DNA of 64,000 nucleotides from an uncultured Pelagibacteraceae bacterium (GTDB lineage Bacteria; Pseudomonadota; Alphaproteobacteria; Pelagibacterales; Pelagibacteraceae): positions 7 through 64,006 of the forward strand of contig CACAVT010000001.1 of NCBI GenBank assembly GCA_902536005.1. Direction: 5' to 3'. Shown here piece by piece: positions 20,541 to 28,560 of this stretch. Position numbers and translations under genes: made by a program. Each line of letters opens with the position of its first letter. The first letter of the stretch is position 1. The notes beneath the pieces are model-generated. The model did no database searches. It was not told the DNA's origin and saw only the letters and a program-made list of their open reading frames with translations.

Positions 20541-22271
20541 TTAATAAAGGTTTTCTAGCTGATTTTTATATTTTTCTGTAACTTTTTTTCTTTTTACTTT
20601 CATTGTTGGTGTCATTAAACCATTTTCAATAGAAAAATTTTCATCTATTAATTGAATTTTTTTTATCTTTTCTAATAAAGTTAATTTTTTATTTATTTTT
20701 TCAATTACTTTATTTATTTTTTCTTTTTCATTTAAAAAATCTTTATTAGGAACAATTAAAGCAACTAAGTAATTTTTTTTATCACCATAAACCATGCATT
20801 GATCTATCTCGGGCTCATTTGTAATCATATTTTCAATTTTGGCTGGTGAAATATTATCTCCTCCAGCACTTACTATGATATCTTTTTTTCTATCAGTTAT
20901 TTTTAAATAGCCATCATTTGGATCTATCTCTCCAATATCGCCTGTATGAAGCCATCCATTTATAATTACTTTCTCAGTTTCTTCTTTTTTATTCCAATAT
21001 CCTAACATTACATTTTCGCCTTTAACTAATATTTCTCCATCTTCTGCAATTTTAACTTCATTTCCTTTAAATGGAGGTCCTACAGTTTCTACTTTAATTT
21101 TATGTATTGGATTGCAACTTACTACTGGTGATGTTTCTGTTAAGCCGTATCCCTGAAGTGTCGGTAATCCTATAGCATTTAAAAATTCACCTATTTCTTT
21201 ATCTAAAGCACCACCACCTGAAACGAAAGCTTTCAAATTCCCACCAAACTGTTTTTTAATTTTTTTTCTAACTAATTTATCAACTACAAAATTAAGTAAT
21301 TTTTCAGAAAAAGTCATATTTTGATTTAAAAGTTTTTTTCTTCCCAAACGAATTGTTGCATCAATTAATTTTGCTTTGAAACCTGTCTGTTTTTTTAAAT
21401 TCATGTTTATTTTATTGTAAAGGTTTTGGTAGAACCTAGGGACAGCTGCCATAATTGTAGGCTTTGCTTCAGATATATTTTCTAGAAGTTTTTCAATTTT
21501 TTCAGCATAGAATACTCTAGCTCCTACTGCTATCTGTACAAATTGAAGACAGTGCTCATAAGAATGAGAAAGCGGAAGCCAAGTTAAAAATACTGGTCTT
21601 GAATTAAATAATGGTTTTGTAATTTCACACGATCCCACAACATTATTCAAAATTCCACCATGACTTAAGATTACTCCCTTAGGATTACCACCAGTACCAG
21701 AAGTATAAATAATACATGCAGGAGAATTTCTTTTTAATTTATTATTTTCAATTTTATCGTCTACTAATAAATTATTCTTTAAAATAGAATTATAATCTAA
21801 ATATTTTTCTTTGTTATTTAAACTTAAATTATTTGTTACCTTAGCTATTTCATCTAAAGTTATAACTTTTTTAATAAAATCTTTTTCATTAATTATATTA
21901 TTTAATTTTCTTAACATTTCATTATTTGAAACTATAACTAATCTTGGTTCACAATCTTCTATTAAATACTTATAATCATCTTCTATATAAGTTGTATATG
22001 CTGGAACTGTAATTCCACCAGCTAACATTATAGCTAAATCAGAAACAAACCACTCAGGTCTATTCTCCGAAACTAAAAGACATCTATCACCTTCTTTTAT
22101 ATTTTCTTTAATAACTTTTGATAATTTTAAAATATTCTTTTCAGTTTGTTCCCATGTGTATGTTTTTTTATTTCTTGGGTTTAGCCATTCTAAAAAAATA
22201 TCTTTTTTATTTTGTTTATTTGCTTGATTAGCAAATAATTGGATTAAATTATTTAAATTATCTAAATTCAT
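20541..22271 (-). CDS. Long-chain fatty acid--CoA ligase (FadD-like)
   Basis: YTSGTGGNPKG AMP-binding motif, GYGLTETSP, GWLHTGDIG. Confidence 0.92.
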   Translation of the reverse strand: MNLDNLNNLIQLFANQANKQNKKDIFLEWLNPRNKKTYTWEQTEKNILKLSKVIKENIKEGDRCLLVSENRPEWFVSDLAIMLAGGITVPAYTTYIEDDYKYLIEDCEPRLVIVSNNEMLRKLNNIINEKDFIKKVITLDEIAKVTNNLSLNNKEKYLDYNSILKNNLLVDDKIENNKLKRNSPACIIYTSGTGGNPKGVILSHGGILNNVVGSCEITKPLFNSRPVFLTWLPLSHSYEHCLQFVQIAVGARVFYAEKIEKLLENISEAKPTIMAAVPRFYQNLYNKINMNLKKQTGFKAKLIDATIRLGRKKLLNQNMTFSEKLLNFVVDKLVRKKIKKQFGGNLKAFVSGGGALDKEIGEFLNAIGLPTLQGYGLTETSPVVSCNPIHKIKVETVGPPFKGNEVKIAEDGEILVKGENVMLGYWNKKEETEKVIINGWLHTGDIGEIDPNDGYLKITDRKKDIIVSAGGDNISPAKIENMITNEPEIDQCMVYGDKKNYLVALIVPNKDFLNEKEKINKVIEKINKKLTLLEKIKKIQLIDENFSIENGLMTPTMKVKRKKVTEKYKNQLENLY

Positions 22272-22278
22272 AGTTTCT

Positions 22279-22332
22279 TGGTGGGCGAAGAGAGAATCGA
22301 ACTCTCACTTATTGCGAAACACGATTTTGAGT
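22279..22332 (-). pseudogene. 3' half of the disrupted host tRNA-Leu(CAA)
   Basis: Minus strand ACTCAAAA-TCGTG-TTTCGCAATAAGT-GAGAG-TTCGATT-CTCTC-TTCGCCC-ACCA; similarity stops at the anticodon loop. Confidence 0.9.
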
Positions 22333-22387
22333 ACTGTAAGTCAGTCAGAACCTTTGCGTTTACTTGTTTCATTTCACTAACTTTTTT

Positions 22388-22409
22388 TGTGTTTGAGTTG
22401 TGTTTGAGT
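22388..22409 (+). repeat. Tandem 11-bp repeat TGTGTTTGAGT x2 (putative integrase arm-type sites, left end)
   Basis: Two perfect copies starting 55 bp inside the left core. Confidence 0.8.
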
Positions 22410-22441
22410 AATTTACAATTTTAAAAATAAAGAATCTATTA

Positions 22442-23068
22442 TTATTTGATACAGTGAAATGCTAATGCTTTCAGTTCTCCATTTTCTTCAATGAATCTCT
22501 CTTTTTCTTCAACTTCACCAAATATTGAAATACCCGAGTCACCAAATTCACATTCTCTTATATTTTTAAATCCACTTATTTTTAGTTCATAATGTAATGA
22601 TTTATTATCAAACATCCATTTGTGTCTACTCCCCCCAAAATAAAATCTAAGTTTTCTGAAAAAATTATAATTTTCATTCCTGTTTACACAACCCAAACTT
22701 TCCATGAATAAATCAGCATCTTTATATTTATTATATCTTAAAATTCTTGATTCTAATGAAGGAACAACAATTCTAAATACTCCACCTGGTTTAAGCATTT
22801 TATATATATTTTTAAGCATTTTTTTTCCGTCAACCAGGGTAACATGTTCCAAAACATGACTACAAAAAATATTATCTGCTTCATTCTCTTTACAAAGACT
22901 TTTTTTAACAATATTTCCATATTTAATATTTTTAGGAAACTTTTTATCATTTAAATTTATTATTAAATTTAATAAAGGGATTTGATCTATTAAAGCAATT
23001 GGACTGCTATCATAATTTAACCAACTTTTTCCAATTTTAAAACCACATCCTATATGATAATTTTTCAT
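22442..23068 (-). CDS. Class I SAM-dependent methyltransferase (type 11-like), island cargo
   Basis: HIGCG motif I-like segment, SHVLEHV, LKPGGVFRIVVP. Confidence 0.85.
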   Translation of the reverse strand: MKNYHIGCGFKIGKSWLNYDSSPIALIDQIPLLNLIINLNDKKFPKNIKYGNIVKKSLCKENEADNIFCSHVLEHVTLVDGKKMLKNIYKMLKPGGVFRIVVPSLESRILRYNKYKDADLFMESLGCVNRNENYNFFRKLRFYFGGSRHKWMFDNKSLHYELKISGFKNIRECEFGDSGISIFGEVEEKERFIEENGELKALAFHCIK

Positions 23069-23094
23069 TTTTTTATTTTCATTCTTTTTTAGTG

Positions 23095-23181
23095 TGGTAG
23101 CGCCAGAGAGACTCGAACTCTCACGTGATTGCTCACAACGGATTTTGAGTCCGTCTTGTCTACCAGTTCCAACATAGCGCC
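23095..23181 (-). tRNA. tRNA-Leu(CAA), complete, island-borne
   Basis: 87 nt: acceptor GGCGCTA/TGGCGCT, anticodon arm ACGGA-CTCAAAA-TCCGT, long variable arm GTGA-GCAA-TCAC, T arm GAGAG-TTCGAGT-CTCTC, ACCA end. Confidence 0.95.
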
Positions 23182-23193
23182 ATTTTTTTCAAA

Positions 23194-23250
23194 ACTCTAA
23201 CACAAATCAATACCCGAGTTAATCACTTTGTGTTGGACTTGTGTTTGAGT
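23194..23250. repeat. Right-end arm-type repeats: inverted copy (23194-23204) plus tandem TGTGTTGGACT-TGTGTTTGAGT (23229-23250)
   Basis: Same 11-mer as at 22388-22409; the tandem pair ends 55 bp before the right core. Confidence 0.78.
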
Positions 23251-23305
23251 GTTAAATAATCAGTTTTGTAAATTAAATCAATGAGAATAAAAATAAATTA
23301 GAAGG

Positions 23306-23344
23306 TTTTGAGTCGTGCGCGTCTACCAGTTCCGCCATTCTCCC
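23306..23344 (-). pseudogene. 5' half of the disrupted host tRNA-Leu(CAA)
   Basis: Minus strand GGGAGAATGGCGGAACTGGTAGACGCG-CACGA-CTCAAAA; CACGA pairs with TCGTG of the 3' half near 22320. Confidence 0.9.
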
Positions 23345-23405
23345 CTAGTATTCAATTAAATTATATTTAATAGTATAAGAACTAAATTTATATTAAAACC
23401 AAAAA

Positions 23406-24011
23406 ATGTTTCAAACACTTTACAAAAAATGTTTAGACTTAGCTGCCCATAAAAGTTCAAATTTTTATTTAGGGCTTGTATCTTTTATAGAAAGTTCTTT
23501 TTTCCCTATACCTCCAGATGCAATGATAATTCCAATGGTAATTGCTAAAAAAAAGGAATATTTTAAAATATTTTTAATAGCATCGATATTTTCAGTTCTT
23601 GGAGGAATTTTCGGATATTTGATAGGTTATTTATTTTTTGATTTAGCAATGTATGTAATCGAATTTTATGGTTATCAAGATAAAGTTGAAAATTTGAAAT
23701 TGAGTATGTCACAAGGGAGTGGATTCCTCGCATGGCTGAGTATTCTTTTTTTAGCAGGCTTTACTCCATTGCCCTATAAAGCCTTTACGATTTCAAGTGG
23801 TTTAATTGGTTTTAACCTTCCTGTTTTTATAATTGTTAGCTTAATTTCAAGAAGCCTGAGATTCTTTATAGTTTCCTATTTGTCTTATAAATTTGGAGAA
23901 TTATTTACAGAGTACATGGAAAAACATGGATCAAAATGGTTTACCATAATTGGAATTATTATAGTTATAATATTTATTATTATTTATTTATTTTTAAAAT
24001 TTAATGGTTGA
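23406..24011 (+). CDS. YqaA/DedA (SNARE-associated) membrane protein
   Basis: SFIESSFFPIPPD and GFTPLPYK motifs. Confidence 0.9.
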   Translation: MFQTLYKKCLDLAAHKSSNFYLGLVSFIESSFFPIPPDAMIIPMVIAKKKEYFKIFLIASIFSVLGGIFGYLIGYLFFDLAMYVIEFYGYQDKVENLKLSMSQGSGFLAWLSILFLAGFTPLPYKAFTISSGLIGFNLPVFIIVSLISRSLRFFIVSYLSYKFGELFTEYMEKHGSKWFTIIGIIIVIIFIIIYLFLKFNG

Positions 24012-24489
24012 GATTAACAAAACAATTACATTAAAGTTAATTTTTTTAATTAGCATTATTGCTTTATCTTCAGCATTTTTTATTGAATATGTTTTAGGTT
24101 ATCAACCTTGTAACTTATGTGTGCTGGAAAGAATTCCATACCTTTTAGCATTAATGATTATTGTATTAAATTATAAATTTATTGATCTTGAAAAATATTT
24201 CATTTTTTCTCTTATTTTAATTTTTTTAGCAGCTACTATTTTATCTTTATATCATTTAGGTATTGAGCAAGGTTTTATTGAAGAATCATTAGTTTGTGAT
24301 TTAAAAAATGGCTCCAATTTACTATCTAAAGAGGACATATTAAGACAGTTACAAGAAAAAAATGTAAGCTGCAAAGATGTTACATTTAAAATTTTAGGAT
24401 TATCGCTTACAAGTTACAATATTATAATATCAATATTAATAGTATATTTTACAACAAGAGTTTATTTAAGTTATGACAACAATAAATAA
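24004..24489 (+). CDS. dsbB: Disulfide bond formation protein B family
   Basis: PCNLCVLER motif, second Cys pair, TM helices. Confidence 0.85.
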   Translation: MVEINKTITLKLIFLISIIALSSAFFIEYVLGYQPCNLCVLERIPYLLALMIIVLNYKFIDLEKYFIFSLILIFLAATILSLYHLGIEQGFIEESLVCDLKNGSNLLSKEDILRQLQEKNVSCKDVTFKILGLSLTSYNIIISILIVYFTTRVYLSYDNNK

Positions 24490-25006
24490 AAAGAAAATAG
24501 AAGAATTTATTAGAGTTGATCACGCTGGGGAGCGTGGTGCTGTTAAAATTTATGAAGGACAGTTGCTTGCTTTAAACACATTAGTCAAAGATGAAGCTTT
24601 AAAAAAAACAATTGAAGAAATGAAAGTTCATGAAAAAGAACATTCTGATTTTTTTGAAGAAGAAATTAAAAAAAGAAATATAAAACCGACAAAATTTTTA
24701 CCTTTATGGGATTTATTAGGTGTAGGATTAGGTTTTGGTTCAACTTTACTTGGTAAGAAAGCAGCTATGCTTTGTACTGCTTCCGTTGAAGAAGTAATAG
24801 ATGAGCATTATTTAAACCAAATAAAACAACTTGATAATAGTGAATCAAAACTAAAAAAAAAAATAATTAAATTTAGAGAAGACGAATTAAATCATAAAGA
24901 CATAGCTTACGAAAAAGGTGCTACAAAAGAAGGTCCATACTCTGTATTAGATAAAATTATTAAAACTGGATCAAAAATTGCAATAAATATTTCTGAGAAA
25001 ATTTAA
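24473..25006 (+). CDS. coq7: Demethoxyubiquinone hydroxylase (Coq7 di-iron family)
   Basis: IRVDHAGERGA, EKEH, VEEVIDEHY, DELNH. Confidence 0.92.
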   Translation: MTTINKKKIEEFIRVDHAGERGAVKIYEGQLLALNTLVKDEALKKTIEEMKVHEKEHSDFFEEEIKKRNIKPTKFLPLWDLLGVGLGFGSTLLGKKAAMLCTASVEEVIDEHYLNQIKQLDNSESKLKKKIIKFREDELNHKDIAYEKGATKEGPYSVLDKIIKTGSKIAINISEKI

Positions 25007-25572
25007 GACTCTAGTTCTACATCCCAATATAAGTAATCCATCCAGCTTTTATGTAAAAAATTTGGTGGAAAATTTTTACCATTTTTATGTAGATCCTCTG
25101 TTGATGGTCGATAAGGGTACTGATGCAACTTCATCCCTGAATATTTTAATAGTTTTCCACCCTTTTTCACATTGCATGCAGAACAAGCTGTTACAACATT
25201 ATCCCAATTAGTTTCACCTCCTTTTGATCTAGGTAATAAATGATCAAAAGTTAACTCTTCATTGCTTCCACAATATTGGCAGGAAAATTTATCTCTTAAA
25301 AACACATTAAATCTAGTAAAACTTGGCTTACTTTGAGGAACAATATAATCCTTTAATGCGATGACACTTGGTAGTTTCATGTTAAATGATGGACTTCTTA
25401 TAGTTCTATCGTAATGACTAACAATAATAACTCGATCAAGAAAAACTGATTTAACAGTATCCTGCCATGACCATAAAGACAAAGGGTAGTAGCTCAAAGG
25501 TCTATAGTCTGCATTGAGTACTAGTGCAGGACACTTTTCTAATGAAACATCTTGATCAATAAAATTGTTCAT
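25003..25572 (-). CDS. HNH endonuclease
   Basis: LVLNADY, RDKFSCQYCG, TFDHLLPRSKGG, ACSACNVKKG; ATG at 25572 preferred. Confidence 0.9.
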   Translation of the reverse strand: MNNFIDQDVSLEKCPALVLNADYRPLSYYPLSLWSWQDTVKSVFLDRVIIVSHYDRTIRSPSFNMKLPSVIALKDYIVPQSKPSFTRFNVFLRDKFSCQYCGSNEELTFDHLLPRSKGGETNWDNVVTACSACNVKKGGKLLKYSGMKLHQYPYRPSTEDLHKNGKNFPPNFLHKSWMDYLYWDVELES

Positions 25573-25618
25573 ACACAATTTTAACTTAGTTAAACAATTT
25601 TATCAATAATAAGAGATG

Positions 25619-26269
25619 TTAAATTTTTTTTAAAATAAAATTTAAAGCTGTACTTGATGCTTCAATAGGAATATGATGATCACAATTTTTTATTAATAAT
25701 GTATCAACTTTAACGTTGTTTCTGATTAAAAAATCTTTTGCTTCTAGTAAATGTGTTGATGGGACAATTTGATCAGCCTCTCCATGTATAAGTAATGTTT
25801 CAGTATTGTTTTTGATTCTGTTTTTTAAATCTTTTTGATTTATTATCTTTCCAGAAAAACCAACTATACATGAAAACTTTTCTTCAAATGTAAGACCAAC
25901 ATTTAAAGACATCATACATCCCTGACTGAAGCCGGATAAACAGATTTTATTATTTGATAACTTGAACTCTTCTTTTATTTCATTAATAAATTTTTTTAAA
26001 ACCTCTTCAGCCTTAATTGATTGCTCTAATATGTAATCAGTATCCTCTTTCGTTAAATCAAACCACTGATAACCAGAAGGATTTATAGCGCATGGCTCAT
26101 GACCATTTGGACAAACAAAGATTGTATTAGGCATATGTCTTTTCCAGTTTAAAGATAACATGCTTATATCCTTTCCATCACCTCCATAACCATGAAGCAA
26201 AATAATAGCATTTTTAATTTCAACACCGTCTTCTGGTTTAATAATAATTGAATCTAGGCAAAATGTCAT
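25619..26269 (-). CDS. Phospholipase/carboxylesterase (alpha/beta hydrolase)
   Basis: LHGYG, GFSQG nucleophile elbow, HGEADQIVP. Confidence 0.9.
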   Translation of the reverse strand: MTFCLDSIIIKPEDGVEIKNAIILLHGYGGDGKDISMLSLNWKRHMPNTIFVCPNGHEPCAINPSGYQWFDLTKEDTDYILEQSIKAEEVLKKFINEIKEEFKLSNNKICLSGFSQGCMMSLNVGLTFEEKFSCIVGFSGKIINQKDLKNRIKNNTETLLIHGEADQIVPSTHLLEAKDFLIRNNVKVDTLLIKNCDHHIPIEASSTALNFILKKI

Positions 26270-26318
26270 AGTTGATAAATTATGTTTTTTATTTCAAAAA
26301 ACAATCTAAAATAAAAAT

Positions 26319-26522
26319 ATGTTAACAGGAATATTTGTAAAAATTTTATCAATAGCTCTTTTGATTGCTGTGGGAATAGTTTTAATTTTAGGCATAGGTA
26401 CTCTTTTTAAAGGTGGAGAGACTAGTAAAAAATATTCAAACAAATTAATGCAATTAAGGGTTCTTCTCCAATTTATTGCTATTATTGCTTTGGTTGGCTT
26501 TGCTTACTTTTTTAAAAATTAG
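26319..26522 (+). CDS. Twin-transmembrane HIG1-domain small protein
   Basis: SNKLMQLRVLLQ motif between two TM helices. Confidence 0.85.
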   Translation: MLTGIFVKILSIALLIAVGIVLILGIGTLFKGGETSKKYSNKLMQLRVLLQFIAIIALVGFAYFFKN

Positions 26523-27028
26523 TTATATTTTTTTATCCAATTAATAAAATTTGTATCTTCAAAGTCAATTGAACCTATTATTCTAGCAAATTCTTGACCC
26601 TCTTTATTAATTAAAATTGTTGTAGGGACACCTCTTAAAGTAAACATTTTTGCTAATGTAGTAGGTGGATCAAAATAAGGTTCAAAATTTTTAATTTTAA
26701 AATCTATAAAAAATTTATTAACTTTGTTTAGTGTTTCTTTGCCTATATTTATTGGAAAAATTTTTATTTTATCCAATTCTGGGTTAACTTGGAGTTTATC
26801 TAAAGATGGCATTTCATCTTTACAAGGCTCACACCAAGTTGCCCAAAAATTCAATATCAATAAATTGCCCTTATACTGATCGATATTAATTTTTTGATCT
26901 TTTTTGTCTAAAAAAATAACATTATCATATGTTTTTGGTATTTTATGGATTACAATATTTTTAATACCAGGTAGTTCTTCTGCTACAACATCTGTTATCA
27001 AAAAAATAAATATTATTAAAATTCTCAT
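26519..27028 (-). CDS. TlpA-family thiol:disulfide oxidoreductase
   Basis: LNFWATWCEPC motif, signal/TM N-terminus. Confidence 0.9.
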   Translation of the reverse strand: MRILIIFIFLITDVVAEELPGIKNIVIHKIPKTYDNVIFLDKKDQKINIDQYKGNLLILNFWATWCEPCKDEMPSLDKLQVNPELDKIKIFPINIGKETLNKVNKFFIDFKIKNFEPYFDPPTTLAKMFTLRGVPTTILINKEGQEFARIIGSIDFEDTNFINWIKKYN

Positions 27029-27052
27029 GTTAAATAGGTATAATTAAATATC

Positions 27053-28444
27053 ATGGCAAAAAATAAAAACAACCAAGCAATCTGGAACACACGGATAAAA
27101 AAAAATGCATCAAGTTTGTTTCAAAAAGTCGGTAATTCAATAGATATTGATAAAAGACTTTATAAAGAAGACATCCAAGGATCAATTGCTCATGTTGAAA
27201 TGCTTTTTAAACAAAAAATAATTTCATTTAAAATAAAAAATAAAATTGTTTATGGACTAACGAAAATTCATAAGGAAATCACAAATAATAAATTTGAGTT
27301 TAATAAAAAATATGAAGATATTCATATGAATATCGAAAAGAGACTTTTTCAAATTATAGGTGAGGAAGCTGGCTATGTTCACACTGCAAGATCAAGAAAT
27401 GATCAAGTAATTACTGATTTTAAAATTTGGATTAAAAATTCGACTAACGAAATAAATAGTAACATTAATAGAGTTATTAAGAGTACAATTAAGTTAGCTG
27501 AAAAAAATGTTGAGACTATTATGCCAGGATTTACACATCTTAAAAATGCTCAAGCTATATCTTTTGCACATTATTTAATGTCTTATGTAGAAATGTTTAA
27601 CAGAGACAAAAAGAGATTTTCTAATAATTTAGACAGTTTAAATGAAAATCCCTTAGGTGTTGCAGCTTTAGCAGGAACATCATTTAATATAGATAGAAAT
27701 TATACAACCAAAAAACTTGGTTTTAAAATACCTACAAATAATTCTATCGATACAGTTTCGGATAGAGATTTTGTTTTAGATTTCTTATATGCTTCATCTG
27801 TGTGTGCTATGCATATTTCTAGAATTGCTGAAGAGTTAATTATTTGGAATTCTGAAGGTTTTAACTTGATCTATTTATCTGATAAAGTTGTTACTGGATC
27901 ATCGATAATGCCACAAAAGAAGAATCCTGATCTTTTAGAGTACTTGCGTGGAAAATCAGGAAGCGCTTATGGAAATTTATTTTCTATGCTTACAATTTTA
28001 AAAGGCTTACCATTGTCTTATTTTAAAGATTTGCAAGACGATAAGGAGATTGTTTTCAAATCTAACGACAACCTAAATAATTGTTTAAAAATTTTCGATG
28101 AAATACTAAAAAATTGTAATCCAAATAAGAGTAAAATGTTAGAACTTGCTAATTCTGGATATATTACAGCAACTGATTTAGCTGACTATCTTGTGAAAAA
28201 TCACTCAATGTCTTTTAGAAAAGCATACCAAAAAACTGCTGCTGTAGTTAATTTTGCTGAAAAAAGAAAAAAAAAATTAAATGAATTGACTTTAGAAGAA
28301 TTAAGAAAAATTGAACCTAAACTTAAAGATGATGTATTAACTATATTTAATTTAAAAAATTCAATTAATTCAAAAAAATCTTATGGTGGAACTTCTTTTG
28401 ATAATATTAAAAAAATGATAATGAAATATAAAAAGGAAAAATGA
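27053..28444 (+). CDS. argH: Argininosuccinate lyase
   Basis: HTARSRNDQ, GSSIMPQKKNPD. Confidence 0.97.
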   Translation: MAKNKNNQAIWNTRIKKNASSLFQKVGNSIDIDKRLYKEDIQGSIAHVEMLFKQKIISFKIKNKIVYGLTKIHKEITNNKFEFNKKYEDIHMNIEKRLFQIIGEEAGYVHTARSRNDQVITDFKIWIKNSTNEINSNINRVIKSTIKLAEKNVETIMPGFTHLKNAQAISFAHYLMSYVEMFNRDKKRFSNNLDSLNENPLGVAALAGTSFNIDRNYTTKKLGFKIPTNNSIDTVSDRDFVLDFLYASSVCAMHISRIAEELIIWNSEGFNLIYLSDKVVTGSSIMPQKKNPDLLEYLRGKSGSAYGNLFSMLTILKGLPLSYFKDLQDDKEIVFKSNDNLNNCLKIFDEILKNCNPNKSKMLELANSGYITATDLADYLVKNHSMSFRKAYQKTAAVVNFAEKRKKKLNELTLEELRKIEPKLKDDVLTIFNLKNSINSKKSYGGTSFDNIKKMIMKYKKEK

Positions 28445-28560
28445 TTAAAAAAATTATATTTATTTTATTTATATCTTTAATGTTATTTTCTTGTGGAAAG
28501 AAAGGTTGTCCGAAAAATAGTGAAGCAGATAAATGTAGTGAATTATTCAGGCAATCTTAA
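28441..28560 (+). CDS. Small lipoprotein, LptM/YifL(LppL)-like, 39 aa
   Basis: MIKKIIFILFISLMLFS-CGKKGCPKNSEADKCSELFRQS; lipobox and CGxKG motif; overlaps argH stop and lysA start, matching the usual argH-lptM-lysA synteny. Confidence 0.75.
   Translation: MIKKIIFILFISLMLFSCGKKGCPKNSEADKCSELFRQS

Larger units (their letters stand above)
22325..23313. mobile_element. Integrase-less 981-bp mini-island inserted in the anticodon loop of tRNA-Leu(CAA)
   Basis: Direct repeat TTTTGAGT at 22325-22332 and 23306-23313, complementary tRNA halves outside, arm-type repeats inside both ends. Confidence 0.85.

Noticed and set aside
22388-23250. CRISPR array from the TGTGTTTGAGT repeats
   Set aside because: Repeats are 11 bp, adjacent without spacers, and no cas genes are present
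22333-23305. Group I intron in the tRNA-Leu anticodon loop
   Set aside because: The loop is duplicated at both junctions, which indicates recombination. I see no P/Q/R/S core elements, and the insert is filled by a tRNA and a methyltransferase.
25003-25572. HNH nuclease as a mobile homing or defence element
   Set aside because: It resembles the chromosomal HNH family commonly found beside the carboxylesterase in alphaproteobacteria; no flanking repeats or host-gene interruption
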